A stretch of 64,000 bases of DNA, taken from contig CAWDVW010000007.1 of the NCBI GenBank assembly GCA_963805855.1, positions 128,001-192,000 on the forward strand. Reading direction: 5' to 3'. Numbering within the stretch: the first letter of the stretch is position 1; each line of letters starts with the position of its first letter. Origin of the DNA: Candidatus Dadabacteria bacterium. Its GTDB lineage: Bacteria; Desulfobacterota_D; UBA1144; Nemesobacterales; CSP1-2. The position numbers and the translations under genes were made by a program. This document shows positions 31,291 through 40,757 of this stretch, in pieces. Under the pieces are notes generated by a model, which was not told where the DNA came from, made no database searches, and was given only the letters and a program-made list of their open reading frames with translations.

Positions 31291-31311
31291 AATGGACAGA
31301 ATATGTCCATT
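31291..31311. promoter_or_regulatory. Palindromic operator AATGGACA-N5-TGTCCATT between the WYL gene and the divergent gene
   Basis: Perfect 8-bp arms; a minus-strand TATAAT at 31279-31284 lies just downstream towards the WYL gene. Confidence 0.7.
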
Positions 31312-31359
31312 CAATAATTCAAAGTTATTTACAAATCTAATCAAGTTTGGAGGTGCGAT

Positions 31360-31971
31360 ATGTATGAAATATCAAGATTGATAAATCAGGTCATCGGCGA
31401 GGACCGAAGCCGAAAAAGGGCTGTGGTAAGGGGACTTGGGTTTGAGGATGATCTTATTGAGGGTTACAACCGCCTTGAAAATCTATTTCGGACAGGGAGG
31501 TGTAATGAGAAGATAAGGAAGAAATTGCCAAAAACATTAAACCTGATGCCGAAGCGTGTGAAAGAGGCCTTAGAAGAAACGGCAAGAGAGGTAGAAAAAC
31601 AGAAGGAAATTTCATTAAGGCGACGTGAGGAATATGCAAGAAGGACGTTTCGGCCATATTTGTGGATAAATCATATATTTTCAAAGCCGAAAGATAAGGC
31701 ACTGGTTGATCATATAGGTCTTGAACACTGGAAGATGATAGATCTCCCCAAGGACATAAACGAAGCGGGATTGAATGATCAGGTGGAGAGAATCCATAGA
31801 ATCATCATTGACCACCAGCGCGAGAGCGGTGGATATGATGATATGTTTGGGAGAATAACAGATTATATATTTTGCAGGAGCTATGATGAAAGTTATCTAT
31901 TCACTGTGAAGGGAGAACTCGTGTCTTCGGATAATGAGCATGGTAATAGGGTGCCGTTAGATTGGACGTGA
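31360..31971 (+). CDS. Hypothetical protein (helical N-terminus, coiled linker, FRPY/FGRI..Y C-terminal domain)
   Basis: GGAGG RBS, 203 aa, divergent from the WYL regulator. Confidence 0.75.
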   Translation: MYEISRLINQVIGEDRSRKRAVVRGLGFEDDLIEGYNRLENLFRTGRCNEKIRKKLPKTLNLMPKRVKEALEETAREVEKQKEISLRRREEYARRTFRPYLWINHIFSKPKDKALVDHIGLEHWKMIDLPKDINEAGLNDQVERIHRIIIDHQRESGGYDDMFGRITDYIFCRSYDESYLFTVKGELVSSDNEHGNRVPLDWT

Positions 31972-32274
31972 TTATCGGTTTTAAATTGGGTTTCTAACCG
32001 GCGTATTCTCCTCGTAATTGTAGATGTTAGATATTTCGGGGACAAAATTTTTACAGTTTCATGAATAGGTTTGTTTTTGTTAACCCTTTTCAGGATTAAA
32101 AAAGGACTTAAACGGCCTTTCAAAAATTGTATTAAGAGGCTTAATGTCATAGGAAGTCATATGGACAAAATACATATTAAAGATTCTCTCCTCGAAATAT
32201 GTGGCTTTTACGGCACTGACTTCTTGGACTTTTTTGAATTAGGGATACCTGCATCCAAAGGGAGTTTCAATATA

Positions 32275-32943
32275 TTATGTTTCGAGCTCTTTTGATGCTA
32301 TCTCGTGTATCATGTTTAATTGCTTTTCTTTTTCGGTTAATTGTTCATCTAGTTCATATATTTCTTTGCACTTCGTATCAATTGTTTCTTCATTGAATCG
32401 TTGTCTATTTGTAACGTCTTCAATTATCGAGGGGACTCGTTTCTTATTAAAGGCATAAATGGTTTCAAGCTTTCCTTTTATTCTTTTTGTTATTTTATCG
32501 TCATGGAGGTTGAATCTTGTGAGAACTCTGCCCAGCCATTGTGAAGGCTGTAGCTTATCAATTTTGGGCAAGATTTCTTTAACCTTTTCAAGTATTGAAG
32601 AGGCAGAGATTCTAAAGTCTGAATTTGTTTCGTCGAGAAAATCAGTTTTTATATTCCCTTCACAGAGATTTTTTAACACTTCGAAGAGCGCGAATTCCCA
32701 TTCACCCAGTTCCATTTCGTGCAGACCACTTTGTGATGAAGTTCTAATTCCGTACCTCGTCTGTGTATGGTACCGTGAATATATGATCTCTCCAAGTTCC
32801 TCGAAAGCCTTTCTCTTCTTTTGTTCAATGCTGCTGATTTGCCCCTTAACTTTTTGGGTCTCAATCAACTCTTTTGACTTTACACCGACCGTGGTAATGC
32901 TTCTATCTAAGCCTTGCTTTAACTTATCCAAAAAATCAGCCAT
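32275..32943 (-). CDS. Hypothetical coiled-coil protein with an inserted winged-helix-like segment
   Basis: GAGGAGG RBS; N- and C-terminal heptad helices flanking ISASSILE..SQWLGRVLTRF..KRIKGK..Y. Confidence 0.7.
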   Translation of the reverse strand: MADFLDKLKQGLDRSITTVGVKSKELIETQKVKGQISSIEQKKRKAFEELGEIIYSRYHTQTRYGIRTSSQSGLHEMELGEWEFALFEVLKNLCEGNIKTDFLDETNSDFRISASSILEKVKEILPKIDKLQPSQWLGRVLTRFNLHDDKITKRIKGKLETIYAFNKKRVPSIIEDVTNRQRFNEETIDTKCKEIYELDEQLTEKEKQLNMIHEIASKELET

Positions 32944-33054
32944 GCTGCTTTCCTCCTCTTATAAATATACAGATATAATGAGTAAATTGAAAAACCTACT
33001 GGTTCAACTTTAAGCTTTGATGACCGATCATTTAAATTGAAGGTGTTCAAGCAA

Positions 33055-36000
33055 ATGAGAATCGTTCAAACAGAGAGCGGTGAAAGTTTTGAGGGCGTTG
33101 TTGAAAAAGAGAATATAAACCTAGATGATCAGACCACATATTTTTTACTTCCGGATATACCCGCTATAGTTCAGGCGGAGAACCTTTTTCTTAAAAGAAA
33201 TGGTCTTTGGGGAGATAGACTGCTCACTTTTGGGAAATTGTCATTTATTTCTAACTTGAATTCTACTGAACGTCGCAATGTAATCTCCAGGATGGGAAGG
33301 CTCTTTATCATGGAGGAGATTGTAGATGAGATGAATGCAGGATTCTCTTATTTTAAAGACAAGTTTCTTGTAAAGGGGTTTTCCGAATCTCTGTTAAAAA
33401 TTATCGCGGAGTTAAAGCATGCGAAGATTACTCCGCAGGATTTGGCGGATATTAGCGAAAAGGAGGCTGAAGGCGATCTAAAGGACAAGCTAAAGGACCT
33501 GGCGCTAATTTTTAAGAGTTATCAAGGCGGACTGGAACGGGAAATTTTTATAGATGATATAGACAAACTAAAGCTTCTTTCAGAATCCACTTTGAAGGGC
33601 AGATTGTCGCTTATTCTTCCGGGTGCGAAGAAAATCGTTGTTTTCGGGTTTTATGATTTCACTCCATCTCAGCTAGAGGTTTTAGTAGCCATAGACAAGG
33701 CTGGATTTGATCTAGCTATATATATTCCCTCTCTGGATGAGGTGCCGGAATTCAAATCGGCAGTGACCGGTAAAATCGAGAATTGGTTTGGCAGAATTGA
33801 AATTGAAAGAATGGTTAAGACAAACCGGAACGGATGTGAAACAGAAATTCATTCTTTTCCGTCACTTCGAGATGAGTTGGAATTTTGTGCAACCGAGATT
33901 AAGGGCTTACTTCTCAGTGGAGCATATCGACCCGATGAAATAGGGATAGTATCAAGAACGATGGTAAATAAGGAGAGCCTGTACGCTGGCGAATTAGATA
34001 GACTAGATATTCCCTATTCTATTTCGACTGCAGAGAGATTGGGTGCGTCGGGACTGGGTCAGTTTCTCCTGACGCTTCTTCGTGTGAAATCCTCCGGCTT
34101 TGAGAAAAAACATTTTTTGAACCTGCTCAGAAATCCCTTTTTAGAGGCTTATTTTAAGCATGAACAGATTTATGACTTCGTGTGTCAGATTGATTTCAAA
34201 TCAAGCAGGACAAAAACATTAAGAGGGGTAAAAGCGTGGGATGAGCTGTTAAGAGATTCCTTTGAATATGACAATTTTGGGATTGTGGAAAGAGTTATAG
34301 AGTTAATATCTATAATTGATGGCAAGCTTAATTCCCTAAATGTTGGAGTATTGACAGAGGATGTAGCAAATCTAATGGACGAGCTTCTTGTTTATGAATC
34401 GGTAAGGGAATCTTCCAGTAATACAGATGATCATAATAACTGGGCACGTTTTCATAGTTTTATTAAGGAGCTCCGCTATCTTTCAAAATTTAGATTTAAG
34501 GGCATGAAGGTCGGGGGGTTAAGCGAATTCATAGATCTTTTGCTGGAGCTTTGGATTGAGGAGAAATTTTCACATTCTAGTGCCGAAAGTGCAGAAAGAG
34601 TGCAAATACTGGATGCATTAAAAACAAGAGGGACTACATTTCGGGTGTTATTTGTTTTAGGTGTTGCAGAAAAGAGTTTCCCGTTGCCGTTTATCAGGGA
34701 CCCAATTTTAAAAAATGACGAAAGGGCATATATCAATGATTACATGGGGAGTTGTTCTCTTTATGAGGAGTTCTATCACTATGAATCAGAAGATTTGTTA
34801 TTCAATTTGATCAGATCATCGGCTGAGAAAAAGCTTTATATCTCTTATTCCTACAGTGATGAAAAGGATCGATCGAACCTTCCTTCTTATCTGGTGTATG
34901 GGCTTGAGACGAAACTGGGGACCAAGGCCGAAAAGCATTTCCTCGAAGATCGATTCAAATCGCACAAGAATGTCTATACTAAATCTAATTTAGCTGAACA
35001 TCTTTTTTACCTATATAGCAAGCAGAATTTTGAGCTCCAGAACTACCTTGAATATTTACCTGAAAGCATAAAATACGTTTTGAGAGGCATAAACGCCGAA
35101 ACTAGGAGGCTGGAGATCAATGGTGTTTATTCAGAATTTGAGGGGAAGATTGACAATGCGGAACTGCTTCCTGAATTAAATGAATTTTCCCCGACAAAAC
35201 TGGAAACGTATGGCCAATGTCCATTCAGATTTTTTGCCAGCCATATTCTTAATTTAAAAAAGGCAGATGAAATCGAAGATGATGTCAACGCTTTAGACTT
35301 AGGCCTTTTTTATCATAGGATCTTAAGGGAATTTTTTCTTGCGTTAAGTAAAGAAAATGAGGGCAGGGTCGACGTAAGGGAAAAAAGCTATGAAGAGATT
35401 AGTGAATCTTTAAAGGCGCTTTTAAAAGAGAGGGATTTTAATGAGGAGTTTAGTTGGCTTTCTGAAGGTAAAAGGGCGCTAACTATAAAAAGAATAACCG
35501 AACAGGTTTTGCCTCAATTTATTCGGCATGAACTGATCCGTATAGGAGAATGGAACGAGTTAGGTTTTTTTCCAGCGAGGTTCGAAAAAGGAATAGATTT
35601 CGAAATAGACGATATAAAATTATCAGGGATAGTAGACAGAATTGATGTAGGAAATCGGGGATTGCTTATTATAGACTACAAATTGAGACCGTCATCGGTG
35701 AGAAAATTTTTTGATTTTCGAAACCTCCAGCTTCCACTTTATCTGTATGCATTCAGCAAACTCGGGGAAAAACCGGTTGGAGGCTTTTTCAGATTTCTGG
35801 AAAGGCCGGATAGTGAGATAGGATTTCAAGAGAATGGAAAAAAGAGTGTGGAAGATCAAATATCCTATGCTCAAAGGCAGGTTCGGATTTACGTAAGCCT
35901 GATGAGAAAGGGGTTCTTCCCTCCGGTTATCGACGAAAAGGGGTTGGGCTTTGAGAAAATGGAGGTCGAATTGAGAAAGGACGTTAGGGGTCCATGCGGG

Positions 36001-36246
36001 TGGTGTGAGTACTCAGACCTCTGCAGAGCGCCGGGGGGACCTTCAGGCGATTGTAAACTTGCAATGAATGTGCGGCAAAGTATCTGTATAAATGTTAACA
36101 AGAGTCAAGAATCGGATGCAGGATGCAGGAAACACGATACAAGTTGCAGTCAAACTGCGATAGATATCATGCGTCATGCATCTTGCATCCTGGATCGTGT
36201 ATCGGGTACGCGAATCTCTTTGCTATTTATAATTACACTAAGATGA
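33055..36246 (+). CDS. addB: AddB/RexB-like subunit (PD-(D/E)XK nuclease, Fe-S staple)
   Basis: FSPTKLETYGQCPFRFF, SGIVDRID..IIDYK, CGWCEYSDLC. The true end may be TAA 36054-36056 if the G-run at 36033-36038 lacks one base. Confidence 0.8.
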   Translation: MRIVQTESGESFEGVVEKENINLDDQTTYFLLPDIPAIVQAENLFLKRNGLWGDRLLTFGKLSFISNLNSTERRNVISRMGRLFIMEEIVDEMNAGFSYFKDKFLVKGFSESLLKIIAELKHAKITPQDLADISEKEAEGDLKDKLKDLALIFKSYQGGLEREIFIDDIDKLKLLSESTLKGRLSLILPGAKKIVVFGFYDFTPSQLEVLVAIDKAGFDLAIYIPSLDEVPEFKSAVTGKIENWFGRIEIERMVKTNRNGCETEIHSFPSLRDELEFCATEIKGLLLSGAYRPDEIGIVSRTMVNKESLYAGELDRLDIPYSISTAERLGASGLGQFLLTLLRVKSSGFEKKHFLNLLRNPFLEAYFKHEQIYDFVCQIDFKSSRTKTLRGVKAWDELLRDSFEYDNFGIVERVIELISIIDGKLNSLNVGVLTEDVANLMDELLVYESVRESSSNTDDHNNWARFHSFIKELRYLSKFRFKGMKVGGLSEFIDLLLELWIEEKFSHSSAESAERVQILDALKTRGTTFRVLFVLGVAEKSFPLPFIRDPILKNDERAYINDYMGSCSLYEEFYHYESEDLLFNLIRSSAEKKLYISYSYSDEKDRSNLPSYLVYGLETKLGTKAEKHFLEDRFKSHKNVYTKSNLAEHLFYLYSKQNFELQNYLEYLPESIKYVLRGINAETRRLEINGVYSEFEGKIDNAELLPELNEFSPTKLETYGQCPFRFFASHILNLKKADEIEDDVNALDLGLFYHRILREFFLALSKENEGRVDVREKSYEEISESLKALLKERDFNEEFSWLSEGKRALTIKRITEQVLPQFIRHELIRIGEWNELGFFPARFEKGIDFEIDDIKLSGIVDRIDVGNRGLLIIDYKLRPSSVRKFFDFRNLQLPLYLYAFSKLGEKPVGGFFRFLERPDSEIGFQENGKKSVEDQISYAQRQVRIYVSLMRKGFFPPVIDEKGLGFEKMEVELRKDVRGPCGWCEYSDLCRAPGGPSGDCKLAMNVRQSICINVNKSQESDAGCRKHDTSCSQTAIDIMRHASCILDRVSGTRISLLFIITLR
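36115..36203. repeat. Inverted heptamer array (GATGCAG-like x5 / CTGCATC-like x5)
   Basis: GATGCAG GATGCAG GAAACAC GATACAA GTTGCAG ... ATGCGTC ATGCATC TTGCATC CTGGATC GTGTATC. Confidence 0.65.
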
Positions 36247-36280
36247 TTATACGTGACTAGAAGACCAAAGGGGAAAAGAG

Positions 36281-39200
36281 ATGAAAAGCAGAATCGAAGA
36301 GTTTATGAATTTGAACGATGAGCAGAGGGTGGCCCTAGACCTTAGCAGGGACATTGTTGTTGAAGCCGGAGCGGGCTCAGGAAAGACCAGAGCCCTTGTT
36401 GCTAGGTACCTTAAAATTCTTGAAGAGGGTAGGGCAAAAGTCGATGGAATTGTTGCTATCACTTTTACGGAAAATGCGGCATCGGAGATGAGGGAGAGAA
36501 TAAGAGACATAATTAATTCATATATTGAAAAATATGGTGAGACCAACAACATAAACGTGGAAGCCATAAAAAGACTTCCAAATGCACCCATAAGTACTAT
36601 TCATGGTTTCGCCGCAAGGATTCTAAAGGAAAATCCATTTGAGTCTCTGCTGCCACCCAGCTTTTCAATCATAGAAGGTATTGAACGGAGGTTGTTCATC
36701 GAAGAGGCTATTGATGAATTTATCATCAAGCTCTGGGAGTCTCGGGATGAACTTGTGTCTTGGGTACTGGCAGAGGAGGGCTATGACCGCAACAGGGTCA
36801 GGGAAAGGCTTTTTTCAATCATTTCTTTGTCTGGTAGGCTCCATATTGATCTTGAGCATCAATGTCAAGTCTTTTCAAAGGATAGAGAAGCTAGTCTTGA
36901 TGGCAGTCGTTTGGTAACTACCTTAATAGAAAGCGTGAAAACTGACTTGCCAGATTCATCCAACGGCTACGTGCAAAGTCGAATAGAATCAGTAAGGACT
37001 AATTCATCTTATCTCTTGAATCGGAAAAGCAACGCTGACAGGTCTACGCTTCTTTCTCATATTAAGAATAAGTTGGATATAAACAAAGGGATCTTAGGAC
37101 TTAAGGGTGCGAGTGGGATTGAAAAGGCAGTTGCCGCTTCCTTATTGGAAATGGTCAACAATATCTTGGATCTATATGATTCCGAATTGACTCGGAATTA
37201 TTTGAAATTGGCTTCACGAACATACTCATTTGTGACTAGTAAAAAAGCAAAGGCTTCTTACCTCGAATATGAGGATTTACTGAAAGTCTGTCGAAAATCA
37301 TTACTTAATAATCATAGCCTCCTGCGCCGCTACCGCCGTAAATTCAAGTTTATTATGGTGGATGAATTTCAGGACACGGATCCTACTCAGTTTGAGATCA
37401 TTAAACTTCTCTCCCAGGATTGCGGTGCCAATACGTTTATTGTAGGAGATCCCAAACAATCGATTTTTAGGTTCAGAGGAGGGGACCTGGGGGTTTTCAC
37501 CAATATAAAGAAAGATGCGGGCAGGATAGATAAATTCTTAAAAAATTACCGGTCTCGCCAATCTCTAATTGAATTCTACAACAGATTCTTCGAGAGGCTC
37601 TTTCATGAGGGCTATGAACATATGGAGGCTACGGTTGAAGCAAATAACGGCGAAAGAGTCATAGAGTTTATATTTAGTTTTGATGCTGACGCCTCGGTCT
37701 GGAGGAAGAAGGAGGCATCCAGTGTAATGAAAAGGATAATACAGTTACACGATCATGGCTATGACTACAAAGATATTTCAGTTCTTTGTCGATCGACAAG
37801 CAATATTTACTTGTTGGAAAATGAACTCCGCAAACACAATGTTCCCTACTACTCGTCCAGCGGCAGTGGATTCTTTGGTCGGCAAGAAATACGCGATGTT
37901 GCTGTCTTCATCAGGTATCTTCTAAACCCCAGCGATACGATTTCTGAGGCTTCTGTGCTGAGATCTCCCTTCCTTGGGGCCTCAGATGGTGAGTTGCTGG
38001 CGTACTATACAAATCGAAAGTCTGTTGAATATGTAAATGAGTATCTTTTGTTCTTATCAGAGCTGAGACAAGAAGCCCTATCTTTCACTCCGTCGGCTAT
38101 GCTGTTGTACATATTGGAAAAAACCTCCTATGCCGCTGCGTTACTGGCTCTCCCGGAAGGCTTAACGAGATATGCAAATATAAAAAAGCTGATGAACATT
38201 TTTGGCAGGTTAGAGGCGCTCGGCCATGGAATAGTTGAAATACTGGAATACATAGATAAGAGCATTTCAGAGGATAGCGAGCCCTTAGCACAGACAGAAC
38301 TGGAGGAGGAAGACTCGGTTAAGATCTTAACAGTTCACAAAGCAAAAGGGTTAGAATTCCCTATCGTGATTCTCATGGATTTGAACCATGGGCCAGGCGG
38401 CGGGAATGAAAGTGTTATTGCAAGGAGAGACAGTGGTTTCCTGGTTCGATATGAGGGCAGCTATTCTCAACTTTGGGAGACTATCAATGAACTTGAGCGC
38501 AGCGATAACCTGGAAGAAGAGAAGCGATCACTCTATGTCGCTAAGACAAGGGCAATGGATCTGCTCATTATTTCATTTGGTGGACAAATTAAAAAAGGCG
38601 GGAAAATTAAAATTAATGAGTCGTCGTTTGCAGGATTGTTCAATACCGTTTTTCAGATAGATTCGAATATAGATGATAAAAGCTTATGTACGCTGGGGTT
38701 GAATATACCGATATGGAAAACTGAGGATTCCCCTCCGTTAGTAGAAGAAAAAAGGATTAGCGGAGATGTTGAATTAGACACTTTCATTGAGAGATTTCCC
38801 GACGTCGATCGTGGTGGATCCTTGTCAGACGATGCAAAGGACGAAAGGATCATACAAAAGCTTGGAGGAAAACCTTCGCATTTGGAGATAGCGACGCTGA
38901 TGCACAGGTTTCTTCAGATATGGGACTTTAGTGGCGAAAGCATAAGAAATACAGCGAGCTATGTTCTAAATGAAAGTTACATTGTTAGCAATTCGGTCAT
39001 GAATAAACTAATTCAATTGGGCGAAGTCTTCTTAAGATCGGAGCTACTCGAACATATACGAAGGGCAGACTCGATTGAAAGGGAGGTTCCTTTTTATTTT
39101 GAAATTGCGGGTAAACCCGAAAGGAGGAAAATTGATCTATTGATAAGACAGAACAATAATATAAGGCTTTTTGATTACAAGTATACCGATCCGAAAAACA

Positions 39201-39334
39201 TCAAACCAAACGATATGGAGAAGTACAGGGGTCAGCTGGATCTCTACGGTAAAGCGATTGAAAAAAGGTTTGGAACGGCGCCAAGAGAGAAGTATCTGGT
39301 GTTTTTGCCAGAGATAGAGCTTATGAGCGTGTGA
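36281..39334 (+). CDS. addA: AddA/RexA-like UvrD helicase-nuclease
   Basis: EAGAGSGKT, ITFTENAA, STIHGF, VDEFQDT, VGDPKQSIFRFRG, TVHKAKGLEF, YVAKTRA; C-terminal IDLL..FDYK nuclease. Confidence 0.9.
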   Translation: MKSRIEEFMNLNDEQRVALDLSRDIVVEAGAGSGKTRALVARYLKILEEGRAKVDGIVAITFTENAASEMRERIRDIINSYIEKYGETNNINVEAIKRLPNAPISTIHGFAARILKENPFESLLPPSFSIIEGIERRLFIEEAIDEFIIKLWESRDELVSWVLAEEGYDRNRVRERLFSIISLSGRLHIDLEHQCQVFSKDREASLDGSRLVTTLIESVKTDLPDSSNGYVQSRIESVRTNSSYLLNRKSNADRSTLLSHIKNKLDINKGILGLKGASGIEKAVAASLLEMVNNILDLYDSELTRNYLKLASRTYSFVTSKKAKASYLEYEDLLKVCRKSLLNNHSLLRRYRRKFKFIMVDEFQDTDPTQFEIIKLLSQDCGANTFIVGDPKQSIFRFRGGDLGVFTNIKKDAGRIDKFLKNYRSRQSLIEFYNRFFERLFHEGYEHMEATVEANNGERVIEFIFSFDADASVWRKKEASSVMKRIIQLHDHGYDYKDISVLCRSTSNIYLLENELRKHNVPYYSSSGSGFFGRQEIRDVAVFIRYLLNPSDTISEASVLRSPFLGASDGELLAYYTNRKSVEYVNEYLLFLSELRQEALSFTPSAMLLYILEKTSYAAALLALPEGLTRYANIKKLMNIFGRLEALGHGIVEILEYIDKSISEDSEPLAQTELEEEDSVKILTVHKAKGLEFPIVILMDLNHGPGGGNESVIARRDSGFLVRYEGSYSQLWETINELERSDNLEEEKRSLYVAKTRAMDLLIISFGGQIKKGGKIKINESSFAGLFNTVFQIDSNIDDKSLCTLGLNIPIWKTEDSPPLVEEKRISGDVELDTFIERFPDVDRGGSLSDDAKDERIIQKLGGKPSHLEIATLMHRFLQIWDFSGESIRNTASYVLNESYIVSNSVMNKLIQLGEVFLRSELLEHIRRADSIEREVPFYFEIAGKPERRKIDLLIRQNNNIRLFDYKYTDPKNIKPNDMEKYRGQLDLYGKAIEKRFGTAPREKYLVFLPEIELMSV

Positions 39335-39630
39335 TAGACTATAATCAAACGCCGTCATGCCCGAGGACCCCTGCCGGGAACCTATCGGGACAGGGGTAAA
39401 GGGCTACACATTAAGAATGTAGGGGTCATCCCCCGGACGAGCCTGTACATTTGGGGCTTACGTGGGCATCAACCCTTACGATTAAGCCCAAGACCCATGA
39501 AAAAGCGATTTCTCACACTCGTTTCAACTGAGGGAGAATCGGATTCCCAGTAAAAGTATTTATGAATGACACAGTTGTATGGATTTCCGCTTTATCTTTG
39601 AGGAAGTATCTCGAAGTTATAAATAAATCC

Positions 39631-39664
39631 TTGACAACATTTTTCTTCCTGTGCCATAATGGCA
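39631..39664 (+). promoter_or_regulatory. Promoter TTGACA-N18-CATAAT (extended -10) overlapped by palindrome TGCCA-TAA-TGGCA
   Basis: Read directly, upstream of the FMN reductase gene. Confidence 0.5.
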
Positions 39665-39806
39665 TTTGACGGGGCTCCAACATTATAGAAACAGTCCGAT
39701 AACTTGATGCTGTGTTGGGTTCATGACTCTTTGATTGCTTAAATTTAGAAACTTGTTTCGATTAAGATTACTTGATCAGTAATGAAAAAGAACAGGAGGA
39801 CCAATT

Positions 39807-40376
39807 ATGGGTTCAGAAAGACCATTATTTATACCAGTGATTCTTGGAACTCCCAGGCAGGGGCGAATGAGTGAGAATGCGGCGAAGTTTATTCATGGCG
39901 AGGTGTCAAAGTGTGAAGGTGTTGAGACTGAGCTAATCGATGTCAGGGATGTTCCGCTTTCTTTAAACGATGCCGGAGAACAGATAAAGGATCCACATTT
40001 TTCAGAAACAGTCTCGAGGGCAGATGCTCTGATCCTTGTGGCCCCTGAATATAATCACGGTTATCCTGGCCCGATGAAGCATTTGCTGGATACCAATCTC
40101 AAGGAGTATATACATAAGGCCGTGGGAATCTGTGGGGTTTCGGCTGGTCCGTTTGGAGGCTCAAGGGTCATTGAAAACCTTCTACCAGTGATGAGAGAAT
40201 TGGGACTCGTTACCATTTTTTGGGATGTTAACTTCTCTCAAGTTCAAAATGTTTTCGACAGCAATGGGAAATTGCTAGATCAGGCCTTTGTAAGACGCGC
40301 AGAAAAATTTCTAAAGGAACTTATATGGATGGCCAAGGTCCTGAGATATGGTCGGGAGAACATATCCATTGATTGA
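39807..40376 (+). CDS. NAD(P)H-dependent FMN reductase
   Basis: GTPRQGRMS, PEYNHGYPG, SAGPFGGSR; AGGAGG RBS. Confidence 0.9.
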   Translation: MGSERPLFIPVILGTPRQGRMSENAAKFIHGEVSKCEGVETELIDVRDVPLSLNDAGEQIKDPHFSETVSRADALILVAPEYNHGYPGPMKHLLDTNLKEYIHKAVGICGVSAGPFGGSRVIENLLPVMRELGLVTIFWDVNFSQVQNVFDSNGKLLDQAFVRRAEKFLKELIWMAKVLRYGRENISID

Positions 40377-40449
40377 AAGCAGGGATTAAAAAATTAATGA
40401 AATGATAATCAAAAACAAATAAATTACATAAACCAAACGAGGAGGATAT

Positions 40450-40644
40450 ATGTCTGAATACATCAAGAGGCAATGTGATAAATGCGGCGTGGATATGAAC
40501 CATAATGCTGAGAAGATCGATTACACCGGCTGCCTGGATGATCCTGATTCTATGGACCTTGATCTTGGTGGCATACTTGAGGAGTTTTACACCTGTCCAG
40601 AGTGTGGAAAAACAGATATGTTTAAGGCACTGCCGGGTCAATAA
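40450..40644 (+). CDS. Small CxxC..CPxC zinc-ribbon-like protein
   Basis: CDKC and CPEC pairs; GAGGAGG RBS. Confidence 0.75.
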   Translation: MSEYIKRQCDKCGVDMNHNAEKIDYTGCLDDPDSMDLDLGGILEEFYTCPECGKTDMFKALPGQ

Positions 40645-40757
40645 TAATCGAAACTAATTTACGTCGCAATGTGTTTAAAAAATATTGGGTTTCTCACGGA
40701 GTCGTGCATTGAAGTTCCTTCGTGATAGGATGTGGAAAATCTGGAGGTGATTAACAA

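Noticed and set aside
32161-32180. Second WYL operator (ATGGACAAAATA..)
   Set aside because: Only one half-site; the TGTCC arm is missing.
33055-36246. Cas4 or a defence nuclease (four-Cys PD-(D/E)XK domain)
   Set aside because: Length, degenerate helicase-like N-terminus and the adjacent UvrD helicase-nuclease fit AddB.
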